From Octopus sinensis (lineage: Eukaryota), in contig NC_042997.1 in NCBI RefSeq assembly GCF_006345805.1, forward strand, positions 165,664,001-165,728,000: 64,000 nt of DNA, written 5' to 3'. Each line of letters opens with the position of its first letter. The first letter of the stretch is position 1. Shown piece after piece: positions 40,743-55,100 of the stretch. The notes under the pieces are model-generated. The model was not told the origin of the DNA and made no database searches. It saw only the letters and a program-made list of their open reading frames with translations. Made by a program: the position numbers and the translations under genes.

Positions 40743-42559
40743 TATGTGTGTGTGTGTGTGTGTAGTATACATCCTGTTTTCTATGGATTCTGTTGGAGTG
40801 ATTGACTTAAGTTACATATTATATATTCAAACGTGAATGAATATGTACTTTGTATGGTGGCTAAATTACGAAAGTATACAGAGTTATGTCCCTTGCATAA
40901 CAATATAATAGTCTTGAATTCGCGTCTTACAATTATAGCATTGACAATAGTAGTATGATGTGAATTCGAAAACTTGTCCCAGTTAAAACCAAAAGCTCCT
41001 ACTAATAATCCTACGCATCACCTCAAGGAGCCCCTTCAGTCTAAAGAGGGAATATCTCTGTTGTTGTCTGCCTTGATTGAAGTAGTAGCTGAATCTCCCT
41101 CAAATCACATCCAACAATATTAAAAAGAATGGTGGATAATGTAATACCAGCACATGAATAAACACTGAATGATCATAGCTGGAATATTTTTAATTATAGG
41201 ACTACTCGATCAGGATTGACCTGGAGCTGAAACCCAGCAAGGCAACCCACACAAACCAACGAATGAGCTTCTGCGTTGTCATGTGCCTTGCTAGAAATCA
41301 TAGTCAAATCCCAATCCAAAGCTAGAATGCCTTTATCAAGATGAAGCAACACAAGCAACAAATCTCTCACCTTTTAACTGTAGCTTTTTCTGTCTTTAGA
41401 CTCCATTTTCTTGTTCCATATGAATAAAGGAATTTCGCTGTACTCATTCCTTTAAATTCATCTGCTGCCGTTGCCAATCTGTGAACTTCTCCAATCACCA
41501 ACGAACTGTTTGATATCTCTTGTCTAGAGGTATATGGTAATTGTTGTCAAAGGATATGTGACTGTGCAGAACCTACTGTTCTGACATAAATATCACTCAA
41601 AAATTAAATATAACAATCTTTGTCACTGAGTGTGTAGCATCAGGTTTATAAAGAAATTACAACCAGATTATCTCATGTTCTGTCAAATTTTTAGCACAAG
41701 GCAAGCAATTTTGAGGAGAGTGGGGAGATGATTACATCGATTTGATTGCTATTTTATTTTACTGATCCCACAAAGATGAAAGACAGAATCGATTTCAGCA
41801 ACATTTGAACTCCGAGCATAAAAAGCCATAAGAAGTGCTGCCCAGCATTTTGTCAAGCATGGTAATGATTCTGCCAGCTCACCGCCCTAACCAGTTTATA
41901 TAATATTCAAAGAACAGAATTATTATAAATATAATTTACCATTTTTAAATGGTGTGCATAGTTTACACTCTGCTATTGCTCAATATGAACAACTATTCTT
42001 GGTTCTTGTATTCCTTTGCTGGCACAGAAAACACATTTTTATTATCTTAAACTCTTTTTGTATTATTACCAACATATTTCCATGGTCAACATTGACACTC
42101 CTATCATTCTTGATCACTCTATACCCAGCTTTTACCAAATTACCAGTCTCTGCTTTGGCAGGATTGTTTGCCCATTGACTAATGGACATTCCTCCAAATA
42201 CTGCCCAATACTATACAATTTCTTGAACCCTTTAGCTCCACAATCCAGCTAACAATCAGTTAATATCCTTCACACAGGGCTCATCCAAAAGCTAAGCAGT
42301 TAACTGGATCAATGCTCTTGAGCATTACTTCACATCCCACACAAAAACCAAAGCCTCTCTCACCCCCAGCAATTTGGCCAAAGAACACAGTCCACATTTA
42401 GAGATATTCACCCACAACTGGGTAGCTTTTAGCCACTCACACAATTTCTGATCAATTATCACCTAAAAAGCAAAAAAATAACGTTGTGGACTTCATGCTC
42501 TTGCATCTGCCAAATCACAGTCAGTAATGCAAGTTCCTTTGCCAAGATCTCCATTACTT

Positions 42560-43261
42560 TTGTAGAATAATAATGGTAATGATATTATTGTATACAGTGC
42601 TCAGGTGCACCACAACTTGTCAAAAGTGCGTATAAAGCATATGCAGTAATGTACAAATGTTTGGAAAGTAAACAGTGTATGAGTCAGATACATGCTTGCG
42701 TGTGTATGGAAGGGAGAAAATCAGGTGTAGTGTTGACGAATCTCAGGAAGCATGGAAATTTGGAAGGATGCAGTGCTCCGACAACTAACAACTGATGCCG
42801 GCAGTTTGTTCCATACTTCAGCAACTCTTAGCGTGAAAAAATGTTTTCGAAAGTCATGGGAGCTGTGCTGTTTTCTGACTTAGTAAACATGTCCATGGGT
42901 GTTAGACAGGTGGAGTTTGAAAAGGTGCTCAGAGTTAGTTTGTAAGATGATTAATAATTTTATGGGTGTCTACCTAGTCAGTTGCCAGACGTCGGAGTTT
43001 CAATGTATCCATTCCCAGGGAAGTAAGGCATTCAGAATATGGCAAATGCCTGATGGAGGGTATTCTCTTGGTTGCACGTCGCTGAATGATTTCCAGACGA
43101 TTACTGATTAACCAAGATGGCATTGTAAGTAGAACTACTAGAGAAATTTTTATCCTTAACAGCCCATTTTGCTTCTAAATTCTTTGTGCACATTAAATAG
43201 GATGCCTCTAAAATTTACCTTTACCGCTCTACAAGTGTGAAATGTTTCAAACTAATAAAGC
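42560..43261 (-). mobile_element. CR1/L2-type LINE 3' fragment
   Basis: LEIIQRRATKRIP..TLKLRRL..RKHFFTLRVAEVWNKLPASVV. Confidence 0.85.
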
Positions 43262-45782
43262 TATCTATCTTTATTCTTTGTTTCAGTTCACTGGACAACA
43301 TCCCTGCTTCAAGGGTTTTAGTCAGACAAATCACTTCCAGAACTTATGCTTTTCTTAGGTGTGGTACTTACTCTATTGGTCTATTTTGCTAAACTGCTAA
43401 GTTACAGGAACATAAACTCATTACAACATATGGTATCAAGACTGGAATACTTCCCCTACGTTTTGGTTGAGGCTATTGCTACACACAGGTATCCTAGACT
43501 GCATCGAAGGGAAAATACTCCAGTTAATTGGCAAAGATTTCCACCACATTACATCTGACCAAAAGATACTCTGGTACTGAAAAATCAAAATGACAACTTC
43601 ATACATTGTGCAGCATGCAAATTTTCTGGATTCTCATTGGAATTATTTCTGGTTACAAACAAATGAATAAACAGCTTTCTTTTTTTGCAAACTTTGTCAT
43701 CTTTGTCCAGCAGCAAAACCAATTTGTAATAGTTAACTCATTGAAGAAAATATTCTAGTAACATTTTTGATTTTTAAAACATATTTCTTGCCATTGCAAA
43801 ACTTCGATTCTTTCTCTCTCTCTCTTCGCATTACCAAGATTTGAATGGAATCAGTTTTATTGAACACTGTAATGGAGCCATCTATTAAAAAGTGATGGGT
43901 TGAAAAACTAGTATCATCAATAAAAGTAGGAAATTTAAATATAGTAAATAATTTCAATGGTTTCATCAGAATTTATGTTTAAGATATATTTCAGCATGCT
44001 AAGAAATCTTTATTGATAACAATTATTATTATTATAAAATCGGAAGAAAAAAAATTTACATGAAAATAAATGTAAATATAACTTTAAGAATTTAACCAAG
44101 ATAAATGTTACTAAATTATATATATATATACATATAAGTACAGAAATATATAATATATAAATCTTATCATTATAATTTATTTTTAGATTATTCAACTTGC
44201 AGTTAAAATTTTTCTTTAAAAATTTTGTGAAGATATTTTTCTAGGTTTCTTCCTTTTTTTTTTTTTTGCTTTGTTAAATAACTAAAAACTTGCATCATCA
44301 ATCAAATCTATTCAAGTTTTTTCTGTTCTCTCCTCATTACTTTTTTTTTTCTTTTAATAGATGTGATGCTAAAGGCAAATTCCAAATAAAGTATATAATT
44401 AAAGCATCTCGTAGGAAAAAAATATATTGGTTCAGAAGAAAAACTCTTTAAATTACACTATGAAGAAATTAAAAACAAAAGAAAGAAAACTTAACAAGAA
44501 AACACATTTAAAACATTTTTACTAAATAAGCATTTTTGAAATAAAAACTTAACTGTTAAAAAAAAAAACATTAAATCTTGGTTTGGAAAAAGAAGTTTAA
44601 AGCAAAAACATAACAGTTAAATTAAGAAAATATTATTATCTATTAATATTATGTGCACATAATAAAGTTAATTTTTACATACATACCAGAATATATTTAA
44701 GATTATTTAAATAGTTCCATCATGTCTAAAGTAAGTAAATTTATATACTTATATTTTATTATTGTAAAAGTGATTGTAGTAAAGTTAACTATCAAAAATT
44801 ATTAAGTAAAATAAATAAAAGCAATTATAAAACTTAAGAATTTGAATAAATTGTATTAATTAGGTTGCTAATTTTTTCTTGACTTTTATTTGGAATTGGA
44901 CCAATTTGATATGAATGTGGGTTGAGGAGAGAGGAGCATCTTACTATAAATCAGAAACAAAGGAACAATCTAAAACTACAGCAAATTGCTTTAAAGAGCA
45001 AGACTATTTCATTGATTCTACATAGTTTGAAAAAAGTAACTAGGGAGCATTAACTTGTTGAAATTTAAATTATATTCAAATAAACGCGAACGACTTTTGT
45101 TTTGAAAAATAGAAAACAAGAACTAATCAAACAAACAGACAAGCTTTCTAATTTAACAAATTTATTGTGAAGAAACTCTTTTAGAAAAAAATCTTGTTTT
45201 TCTATTTTTATTTGAACATTTCCCATTTTTTGCCAAGTTAGTATGTCTAATGATAGCTTTAAATGATTTTAGATATTTACATACTTACAGAGCAATATTT
45301 TTTAATAATCAAATACTTTTTATACTGCAAACTACTCAAATAAAAGTAGCAGTGATAACTATTGAGAATTAGGTAACTTGAAGTAATAATAATAATAATC
45401 CTTTCTACTATAGACACAAGGCCTGAAATTTGGGGAAGGAGGATAGTCAATTACATCGACCCCAGTACTCAACTGGTACTTATTTTACATACCCCAAAAG
45501 GATGAAAAGGCAAAGTCGACCTCAGTGGAATTTGAACTTAGAATGTTAAAGGCAGATGAAATACTGCTAAGCATTTCATGTGATGTGCTAACAACTCTGC
45601 CAGCTCACTACCTTAATAATAATAATTGCCAAAGGAAATACTACTAAAATCTAGAGTTAAGTTTCAAGTTATGATAGTGTAAATAGTAACACTGAGCATC
45701 TTTACTTCTTAAGAAATGCTATAGAAATAACTTTATTTCTAGAATATTTTGTGTTCAACAGTGTTCCACTTCAAAACAGACA

Positions 45783-47774
45783 ATATATATATATCCATAT
45801 ATATATATATGGATATATATATATATATATATATATGGATATATATATATATATATTGTTTCTAATATTAACTGTAATGCAAAAATAATTCTATAAAACT
45901 AACAACATGGGTGAAAACTTGTTTTAAACATATATTTTGAAGACAATCTGAGAGGCAGTACAATTCCACTTCTTAATATGGAATGAAAATTATATTTTCA
46001 GAAATATCATTATGGTCTGGAAGAGCCCTGTAAAATCAACAACTTAAAGGTTAGCTTCACACATGAAATTTAACGAAATATATCAAGAAATGAGTCCAAA
46101 ATATTAATAAAATACATGCCTTGAAAATTTTATTTCAATAGCAAAAGATAATTTCAAGTAACCATGGAGTAACTAAGAGATAAATATTAGTAGTAAACTA
46201 ATAAGAAAAGGCGCATTCATCTTCACAATCATCATCACTATCATACAATCAGATAAACACTAAAATTTTACTCAGCAATATGGTAATAGAAATACTTCTC
46301 AATCTAGTTCACCACGAAAGTGTAAAGAAGTCATCCAGTTCAGATGTTTAAAATGGCTAGGTTGTTTTTTTGTAGTTATATAAATGCTTCCATTTCTGAA
46401 TTTCATTTGAATTCAAATTTTTTTCTTTTTAATTATTTTCAGTAGCATAATAATGTCTACAATTTCCCCTGGATTTGAACTTTACTGGCAATTGTTTCTT
46501 TAGATCAATGTCCATCTCCCCAAAAGCTTTTCAACAAATATGTATTAAAGAAAAAACAGTTTCCTTGAGTACTCAGTATGTAACATAAACACACATACAC
46601 ACACACACATGCTCACACACAAATATATTCACACTTATGCATGGTTCACATCTATATCAGTCAACTCATATGACTGAAATTTCTTGTGCCAACATAACAG
46701 CAGGGAATAACAGAACAAAAAACAAAAAAAAAGGACACTACAGTGACTATATAAGTGTGGTGAAAATTATGCATGTATACACACACATATTTTATATATA
46801 TATATATATTATATATATATATATATGGATATATATATATATATTGTTTCTAATATTAACTGTAATGCAAAAATAATTCTATAAAACTAACAACATGGGT
46901 GAAAACTTGTTTTAAACATATATTTTGAAGACAATCTGAGAGGCAGTACAATTCCACTTCTTAATATGGAATGAAAATTATATTTTCAGAAATATCATTA
47001 TGGTCTGGAAGAGCCCTGTAAAATCAACAACTTAAAGGTTAGCTTCACACATGAAATTTAACGAAATATATCAAGAAATGAGTCCAAAATATTAATAAAA
47101 TACATGCCTTGAAAATTTTATTTCAATAGCAAAAGATAATTTCAAGTAACCATGGAGTAACTAAGAGATAAATATTAGTAGTAAACTAATAAGAAAAGGC
47201 GCATTCATCTTCACAATCATCATCACTATCATACAATCAGATAAACACTAAAATTTTACTCAGCAATATGGTAATAGAAATACTTCTCAATCTAGTTCAC
47301 CACGAAAGTGTAAAGAAGTCATCCAGTTCAGATGTTTAAAATGGCTAGGTTGTTTTTTTGTAGTTATATAAATGCTTCCATTTCTGAATTTCATTTGAAT
47401 TCAAATTTTTTTCTTTTTAATTATTTTCAGTAGCATAATAATGTCTACAATTTCCCCTGGATTTGAACTTTACTGGCAATTGTTTCTTTAGATCAATGTC
47501 CATCTCCCCAAAAGCTTTTCAACAAATATGTATTAAAGAAAAAACAGTTTCCTTGAGTACTCAGTATGTAACATAAACACACATACACACACACACATGC
47601 TCACACACAAATATATTCACACTTATGCATGGTTCACATCTATATCAGTCAACTCATATGACTGAAATTTCTTGTGCCAACATAACAGCAGGGAATAACA
47701 GAACAAAAAACAAAAAAAAAGGACACTACAGTGACTATATAAGTGTGGTGAAAATTATGCATGTATACACACAC

Positions 47775-47822
<48 letters not shown>
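45783..47822 (+). repeat. 988-bp tandem duplication bounded by (TA)n tracts
   Basis: ttgtttctaatattaactg at 45856 and 46844. No mismatch was seen in the parts compared. Confidence 0.95.
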
Positions 47823-47854
<32 letters not shown>

Positions 47855-48221
47855 CAGGGTGTGTATGTATATATGCTGAATTGCTAAAAATATAAATATA
47901 TCAAGAGACTATTCCTTTCTAATAAATTAAACAGTTTATGAAAACTCTTTAAATGATTTTGCTAATAAACAAACAAAAATTAAGAAGAAAACAAAGAAAA
48001 GTTTTTGGAAACCATCACCACTTAATAGTTAATAGCAATTAACCTTGATATAACCGGGAAGAAGTACACTAACATCAGACCCTTCGAAGAAGGCAGTCCT
48101 TAAAACATGTCAAAATTTAGTTACAGAATCACATTTAATGTCCAAAATGCATAACGAATATCATTTCCAGTAACAGATCACTCCTTATAGTACGTCTTAA
48201 AATTTCTTGATAATTACAGTC

Positions 48222-48257
48222 TTACTGAGTAGGAGCTGGAGGCTGGGTGTCTGGCGA
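48222..48257 (-). CDS. SMIM14: SMIM14 last coding exon (36 nt): SPDTQPPAPTQ*
   Basis: Polypyrimidine tract and ccag acceptor at 48258-48261, phase 0. The proline-rich tail resembles human GQDPPAPPVD. Confidence 0.85.
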   Translation of the reverse strand, partial: SPDTQPPAPTQ

Positions 48258-49310
48258 CTGGAAAAACAGAAAAAAAACAAAAATATAATTAATTAAAATG
48301 TTCAGTAAAATTATCATTGTTGTTATTATTCTGTGAGCTGGCAGAATTGTTAGTATGCTGGGTAGAAAGCATAGTGACATTTCTCTACATTCTGAGTTCA
48401 AATTCCACCATGGTCAAATATGCCTTTCCTTCTTTCAAGTTTGATAAAATAAGTACCAGTTGAGCACAGAGGTTGACATAATCAACTTACCCAATCCCCC
48501 GAACTTTCTGGCTTTGTGCCAAAATTTGAAACTATTATTATTATTAGGAAGGCAAGGTGAAATGCTTAAAAGTATTTTGCTTGTTGCTTTGCTCTGAGTT
48601 CAAATTCCACCAAGGTCAACTTTGCCTTTCATCCTTTCGGGGTCGATAAATTAAGTACTGGTAAAACACTGGGATCATTGTAATCGACTATTCCTTTCCC
48701 CAAAAATTTCAGGCTTCGTGCCTTTAGTAGAAAGCATTATTATTATTATCATTAGGTGGTGAGCTGGCAGAATTGTTAGGGCAATGGACAAAATGCTCAG
48801 TAGCATTTCTTCCAGCTTTTTACACTCTAAGATCAAATACTGCCAAAGCCAGTTTGGCTTTTTATCCTATAAAATGATGCTGTGATGCTTACATTCCTAG
48901 AGAACATTACTTCACTTAGCCCAAATAAATTCCCATCCAACATGCCAGCATAGAAAAACAAATCCACTTTTCCAAACTAGGAGAATTAATGGATTGAAAT
49001 TCTTTTTAGAAAACTCAATAATTTGCATATCTTTGAAGCAAACATATTTATAATGGAAGTTCTTCTATTACTAACCAGTCAGCTACTGTTATTGTTTAAC
49101 CCCAGCTCAGATCACCTCTGGTCTTATCTTATTTTTCAGACACACTGTCTCTAGGTACATTACAATGTGTCCTTCCTTTTGCAAGATGATGGAGTATGAT
49201 TTGAAAATTTGGCTGCCATTTCAAACAAGCAAAGAAATCTTGTAGAAGTTCCCTTGTTATCACATTTTTTTTCTCTCATTTTTTTTTCTCTCCTTGTTTT
49301 TTCTGTGTCC

Positions 49311-49346
49311 CTTTCTGTAGAAGAGCATAGGCTCGAAACATGAAAG
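49311..49346 (+). ncRNA. Decayed minimal hammerhead in a PLE pseudo-LTR remnant (intronic)
   Basis: CUUU-CUGUAGA-A-GAGC[AUAG]GCUC-GAAAC-AUG-AAAG; core and cleavage triplet are altered. Confidence 0.4.
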
Positions 49347-51609
49347 ACTTTTTCTATTCCTGTGCATTATACTAATACATCTGTTTGTTTTGTACAGCAC
49401 CTGTCTTCGTCTTTTGTTTTCTTCGTAAACTTTCCCTTGTTATCAGTTGTGTTGATTGAGATAAGCATAGTAACTACTCTTTAAGCACAACACAGTTGAC
49501 TGCAGCAAAGTTAAATCCACAATCACAATATCTTTGAATCAACAGCTCAATATCTTAAATACACAATTCCATCATCATCACCATTATTCTAATGTCCACC
49601 TAGACATGCTCGCATAGATCAGACTAAACATGAAACGTTGAGGTAGATTTTCTACAGCTAGATGCCCTTCTTGTCACCAACCCATACCTGTTTCCATGTA
49701 AGGTAATATTCAGCTCATGGCCTGATATGTTTTACAGAAGACTAGAAATGGACACGACTGTCAGGCACTGTCAAAGCAAGGAGATGGTAACACACACACA
49801 CACACACGACAGGCTTCTTTCAGTTTCCATCTGCCAAATCCACTTGCAAAGCTTTGGTCAGTCTAGTGCAACAGTAGCAGACACATGCCCAAGGTGCCAC
49901 ACAGTGGAACTGAACCCAAAACCATGTGGTTGGGAAGCAAACTTCTTACCACTTAGTCACACTTTTTGTTATTTTTTGACAGATAAATGGTTCTTAATTT
50001 CAACTTTGTTGACTGAGGCAAGTTCAGTTTTATGTCATCTGTGCAGAAGACCTAAACAGGTTTCCTATCAGTGTTCCTATTTCACTAAATTAAAACCAAG
50101 ATGGTGAGAATAGAAGAACACTGAGTAGAAAGAAGTTTAAACAAACTACAAATATTATTTTCTGAGTAAAATATAAAACTTTATTTGCATTATCTTACCA
50201 AACTGTAAAAAATTGTTTTCTGAGAGATGACATCAGCACAAAAAAATCAGTTGGGTAAATATTTAAAAAAAAATTTACATGAAATACTTTTAATGTGAGG
50301 TAAACATAACTTTACCTAGACTAAATAATTTAAATTATTTTACAAAACACAGGAGACAGCTGTTGATATTTTACATCCAGAGTACTTGCCAAAGTAGTGC
50401 TGTGAATTTTACAAAATAATTGTACTGAGATTATGCTCAGGTTGACATATAAAACTACTATTGTTTAGAGAATAAATTACTTGTGATCATATTGAGCTAA
50501 GTGTTTGATGCTCCTTACATTAAATTTGTTTCCTATACATAACAATAGCTACACTTAGAATTCATCTCAACCACATTAAATTTCTTAAATGTACTGGTCA
50601 TACATTGACCCATCAAATTTTAAAATCTGAACTCTACACTGAGTTATAAACCAGCCTGCTGCTAATCATCCTCAGGCAAAGTATAATTGTTTTACATTTT
50701 GGCACAATTTTAGTGGGAGGGAGTTAGTTTATTACATCAAGCCCAGCACTTGAAAGGTACTTTATTTTATCAACCCCAAAAGGATAAAAGTTAAAGTTGT
50801 CCTCAATGGGATTTGAACCTAGAATGTAAAGAAGCAAAAGAAAAGCTGCTGAGAATTTTAGCCTATGTACTTATAAGTCCACCAGTTTGTCATTTTCCTC
50901 TGGAAGGAGTATGATGCAATTCAAATATTTCCTGGCACCAGAAAATACAGCTTCAAGATAATAAATACCTCTACTACCGTTTTACTTTCTATACAGCCAA
51001 ACACATTGTGTAGTGTCAAAATCCAGTCAACTAAATGTGATATAACTGTTATATTGAATTTTTAATTGTAGGGAAACATTTGATCTACTACCTCTGAGTA
51101 ATGTTAACTGGGATTATTTAGTAGACCAAGGGCAGGTAAATCGTAATAATTAAGAAATTTCCAGCTATAAAAATTTCTTATTCAACAATTGATAAATATA
51201 GATCGCAATTATTCTTTTATTTTATCAGTAAATGTTGGACAAAATACTTGTAGTATCTAATTATATCCTTCACATTTAGATTTCAAATCCTGCTGAGGCT
51301 GACTTTACTTTCTATTCTTCCAAGGAGTCATTCAAATAAGAACCAGTTACAAAGTTCAAGGCCAATACAAACAACTACACTCTCCACAAAAATAAAATTA
51401 CTATTTTTGTAATATGCAATTAATCATGTGCCAAGTGCAAGAAGAAAAACCATTGTTTTTCTAAACAAAATATACCTTTCTAGTATTAACCCCTCAGCCA
51501 TGAATTATATTAATTAAGTCAAGTACATCGATTGAGTCAAGTACGTCAACATCAAAATTGAGTCAAGTACATCAAATATCAAAAAATCAAATGGAAATTG
51601 TAGTTGTGA

Positions 51610-51862
51610 AACCTGTGCCGGTGGCAAGTAAAAAGCACCAAGAGATCGTGGCTGTTGCCAGCCTCGCCTGGCACCTGTGCCAGTGGAACGTAAAAAGCAC
51701 CCACTACACTCATGGAGTGGTAGGCATTAGGAAGGGCATCCAGCTGTAGAAACACTGCCAGATCAGACTGGAGCCTGGTGCAGCCTCCTGGCTTCTCAGA
51801 CCCCGGTCAAACCGTCCAACCCATGCTAGCATGGAAAACGGACGTTAAACGATGATGATGAT
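51610..51862 (+). repeat. RTE 3'UTR-derived element
   Basis: Same family as 8515-8800, with the tail to the right. Confidence 0.9.
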
Positions 51863-52426
51863 GGTGGTTTCAGACTTTGAGCTGCTTTCATGCTGGGGCA
51901 ATGCTTTCAAGGTCTCTTAGTCAATTATATTGATCCCAATACTAATATTAGTCTGGTACTTGTTACATCATTTTATATTTATCAAATGGCTTAATTACCT
52001 TTTGATGTAAGGCAATGCAGTCTGATGTACAGATTTACACTGGTACACACATTAATGATGGGCAACCACAAAGTTTCCATCAACCAAACTCTACTCACCA
52101 GGTAGTGGTCAAGCTGAGACTACAGTAGAACTTGCACAATGTGTCATGCATTAGGATTGAAACTAGAACCATGGTTATGAAGTGATCTTAACTAATATTG
52201 TTATGTTAGCATGTTTAGAAAATTTAATTTCCATGGTTGACTAAGATCTCTTGCATAATAATTGTATAGAACATAATGCAGATAAATCAAAATGTATCAT
52301 TAATGTCTTGTACATTAACCATTCAACACCTACATCAGTTTTAGAAAAAGATATTTATGATCAATGTGTTGTGATTAGGGTTTGGTAGACTAAAATTGTG
52401 CTGAAGCCCTGTGTGTGTGTGTGGTG

Positions 52427-52457
<31 letters not shown>

Positions 52458-52686
52458 GTGTGTGTGTGTGTATCCACATTCATGTTTTCCATAATTTGAA
52501 GCTGCATTCAATTTTGTCAAGAAGCATAACTTAGCAATTTGATAAATAGTGACCAATAAAATATGTACCAGACTGAAATAAGTATTGAGGATCACTATGA
52601 TAGTCTAATAAAACCTTGAAGGTGGTACCCCAAGATGAAGACAGTCCAATGACTGAAACCAATAAAATAATGCAATATATACTCAC

Positions 52687-52835
52687 ATCTGATCTCCGGT
52701 CAGACTTCATACTAGATGTGTTCCGAAGACTTGCAGGACGCAGCAGAAATAGTGCTGTAGCAATAACAATCCATCCCAAAGTAATGAACATCATACTACT
52801 AAAATCACCATCAGGTCCCTCAGGTAAGCTTGGCA
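52687..52835 (-). CDS. SMIM14: SMIM14 coding exon 3 (149 nt, transmembrane segment)
   Basis: tttag acceptor and gtgagt donor. (M)PSLPEGPDGDFSSMMFITLGWIVIATALFLLRPASLRNTSSMKSDRRSD; W.VIA..LFLLRP..LR is the DUF2615 signature. Confidence 0.93.
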
Positions 52836-53104
52836 CTAAACAAAGAAAAAAAAGTTAACATTTTAAAAGGGATAAGTTCATAATGACAGAAATTTCTGTA
52901 TAGATTAGCATAAGTTAAATCTATCATTTTCAGTTACTTTTATCTGATGATCCCAACTTGAAAACCCAGTCAAGCTTATTCATTACCACTGTGACTGTGG
53001 TGTGCCATTAAGGTTTTACATTACTATCAAATGCATGTCATACAGAAAGTGTACCCCACCTCTCTCTCTCTTTACACCTCTTACACTCAGTATTAATTGA
53101 AAAT

Positions 53105-53500
53105 ACTATCATCATCATCATTTAACGACCATTTTCCATGCTAGCATGGGTTGGACGGTTCAACTGGGGTCTGGGAAGCCAGAAGGCTGCACCAGGCCGA
53201 GTCTGATCTGGCAGTGTTTCTACAGCTGGATGCCCTTCCTAACGCCAACCACTCCATGAGTGTAGTGGGTGCTTTTTACGTGCCACCTGCACAGGTGCCA
53301 GACAAGGCTGGCAAACAGCCACGATTGGATGGTGCTTTTTACGTGCCACCTGCACAGGTGCCAGACGAGGCTGGCAACGGCCACAATCGGATGGTGCTTT
53401 TTATGTGCCACCGGCACAGAGGCCAGTTGGGGCGGCACTGGCAACGATCACATTCGGATGGTTCTCTTACGTGCCACCGGCACTGGTATCACAGCTACAA
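53105..53500 (-). repeat. RTE 3'UTR-derived element with an internal about 62-bp unit repeated
   Basis: (CAT)n tail at left; gtgccacctgcacaggtgccagac is repeated. Confidence 0.9.
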
Positions 53501-53509
53501 TTTCCATTA

Positions 53510-55100
53510 TCATCATCATCATCATCATCATTTAACGTCCGCTTTCCATGCTAGCATGGGTTGGACGGTTCAACTGGGGTCTGGGGAGCCCGAAAGCTGC
53601 ACCAGTCCAGTCAGATCTGGCAGTGTTTCTACAGCTGGATGCCCTTCCTAACGCCAACCACTCCGAGAGTGTAGTGGGTGATTTTATGTGCCACCGACAC
53701 AGGTGCCAGACGAGGCTGGCAAACGGCCACGCTCGGATGGTGTTTTTTTATGTGCCACCGACACAGGTGCCAGACGAGGCTGGCAGACGGCCACGCTCGG
53801 ATGGTGTTTTTATGTGCCACCGACACAGGTGCCAGATGAGGCTGGCAAACGGCCACGATCGGATGGTGTTTGTTACGTGCCCACAGCACGGAGCCCAGTC
53901 GATGCGGTACTGGCTACGGCCACGTTCGGATGGTTTCCTTGTGTGCCACGTGCCACCGGCACTGGTACCACAAAGATACAAATTCCATTGATGTTCATCT
54001 ATTTGGATTTGTTTTGATTTTCACTTGCCTCAACAGGTCTTCACAAGTGTCACAAGAAGGAAGGTAAGCACAGGTGGACTGACTACGTCCCAGGTAAGGG
54101 CCACGGGTTATGGCCTGACTAGTCTTGCCGGGTCTTCGGAATGTGTTTTTATGTGCCACCGACATAGGTGCCAGATGAGGCTGGCGAACGGCCACGATCG
54201 GATGGTGTTTGTTACGTGCCCACAGCACGGAGGCCATTCGATGCGGTACTGGCTACGGCCACGTTTGGATGGTTTTCTTTTGTGCCACAAAGATACAAAT
54301 TCCATTAATGTTCATCTATTTTGATTTGTTTTGATTTGATTTTATTTGATGTTGATTTTCACTTGCCTCAACAGGTCTTCACAAGTGTCACAAGAAGGAA
54401 GGTATGCACAGGTGGACTGACTACGTCCCAGGTAGGGGCCACAGGTTATGGCCTGACTAGTCTGGCGAACGGCCACGATCGGATGGTGTTTGTTACGTGC
54501 CCACAGCACGGAAGCCAGTCGATGCGGAACTGGCTACGGCCACGTTCGGATGGTTTCCTTGTGTGCCACCGGCACTGGTACCACAAAGATACAGATTCCA
54601 TTGATGTTCATCTATTTTGATTTGTTTTGATTTTCACTTGCCTCAACAGGTCTTCACAAGTGTCACAAGAAGGAAGGTATGCACAGGTGGACTGACTATG
54701 TCCCAGGTAGGGGCCATGGGTTATGGCCTGACTAGTCTTGCCGGGTCTTCGGATGGTGTTTTTATGTGCCACCGACACAGGTGCTAGATGAGGCTGGCGA
54801 ACGACCATGATCGGATGGTGTTTGTTACATGCCCACAGCATGGAAGCCAGTCGATGCGGAACTGGCTACGGCCACTTTCGGATGGTTTTCTTGTGTGCCA
54901 CCGGCACTGGTACCACAAAGATACAAATTCCATTGATGTTCATCTATTTTGATTTGTTTTGATTTGATTTTGATTTTCACTTGCCTCAACAGGCCTTCAC
55001 AAGTATCACAAGGAGGACGGTATGCACAGGTGGACTGACTACGTCCCAGGTAGGGGCCATGGGTTATGGCCTGACTAGTCTTGCCGGGTCTTTGGATGGT
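53510..55100 (-). repeat. Higher-order tandem array of RTE 3'UTR sequence
   Basis: cacttgcctcaacagg recurs at 54022, 54360, 54635 and 54978. Confidence 0.9.

Noticed and set aside
41980-42189. Possible host exon or LINE endonuclease fragment (GYRVIKNDRS)
   Set aside because: It is too short and degenerate, with no splice or domain support.
52531-52836. Single-exon 101-aa gene as given by the ORF track
   Set aside because: The GTG start overlaps the splice acceptor and the tail after 52687 is intron. The spliced model fits SMIM14 along its full length.
53990-55100. HDV-like ribozyme at the distal end of the array units
   Set aside because: I could not build P1 and P2 pairings. The segment is homologous to the LINE 3'UTR at about 31840-31970, so it is not a 5' head.
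53280-55100. CRISPR-like repeat-spacer array
   Set aside because: The context is eukaryotic, the intervening sequences are themselves repeated rather than unique, and no cas genes are present.
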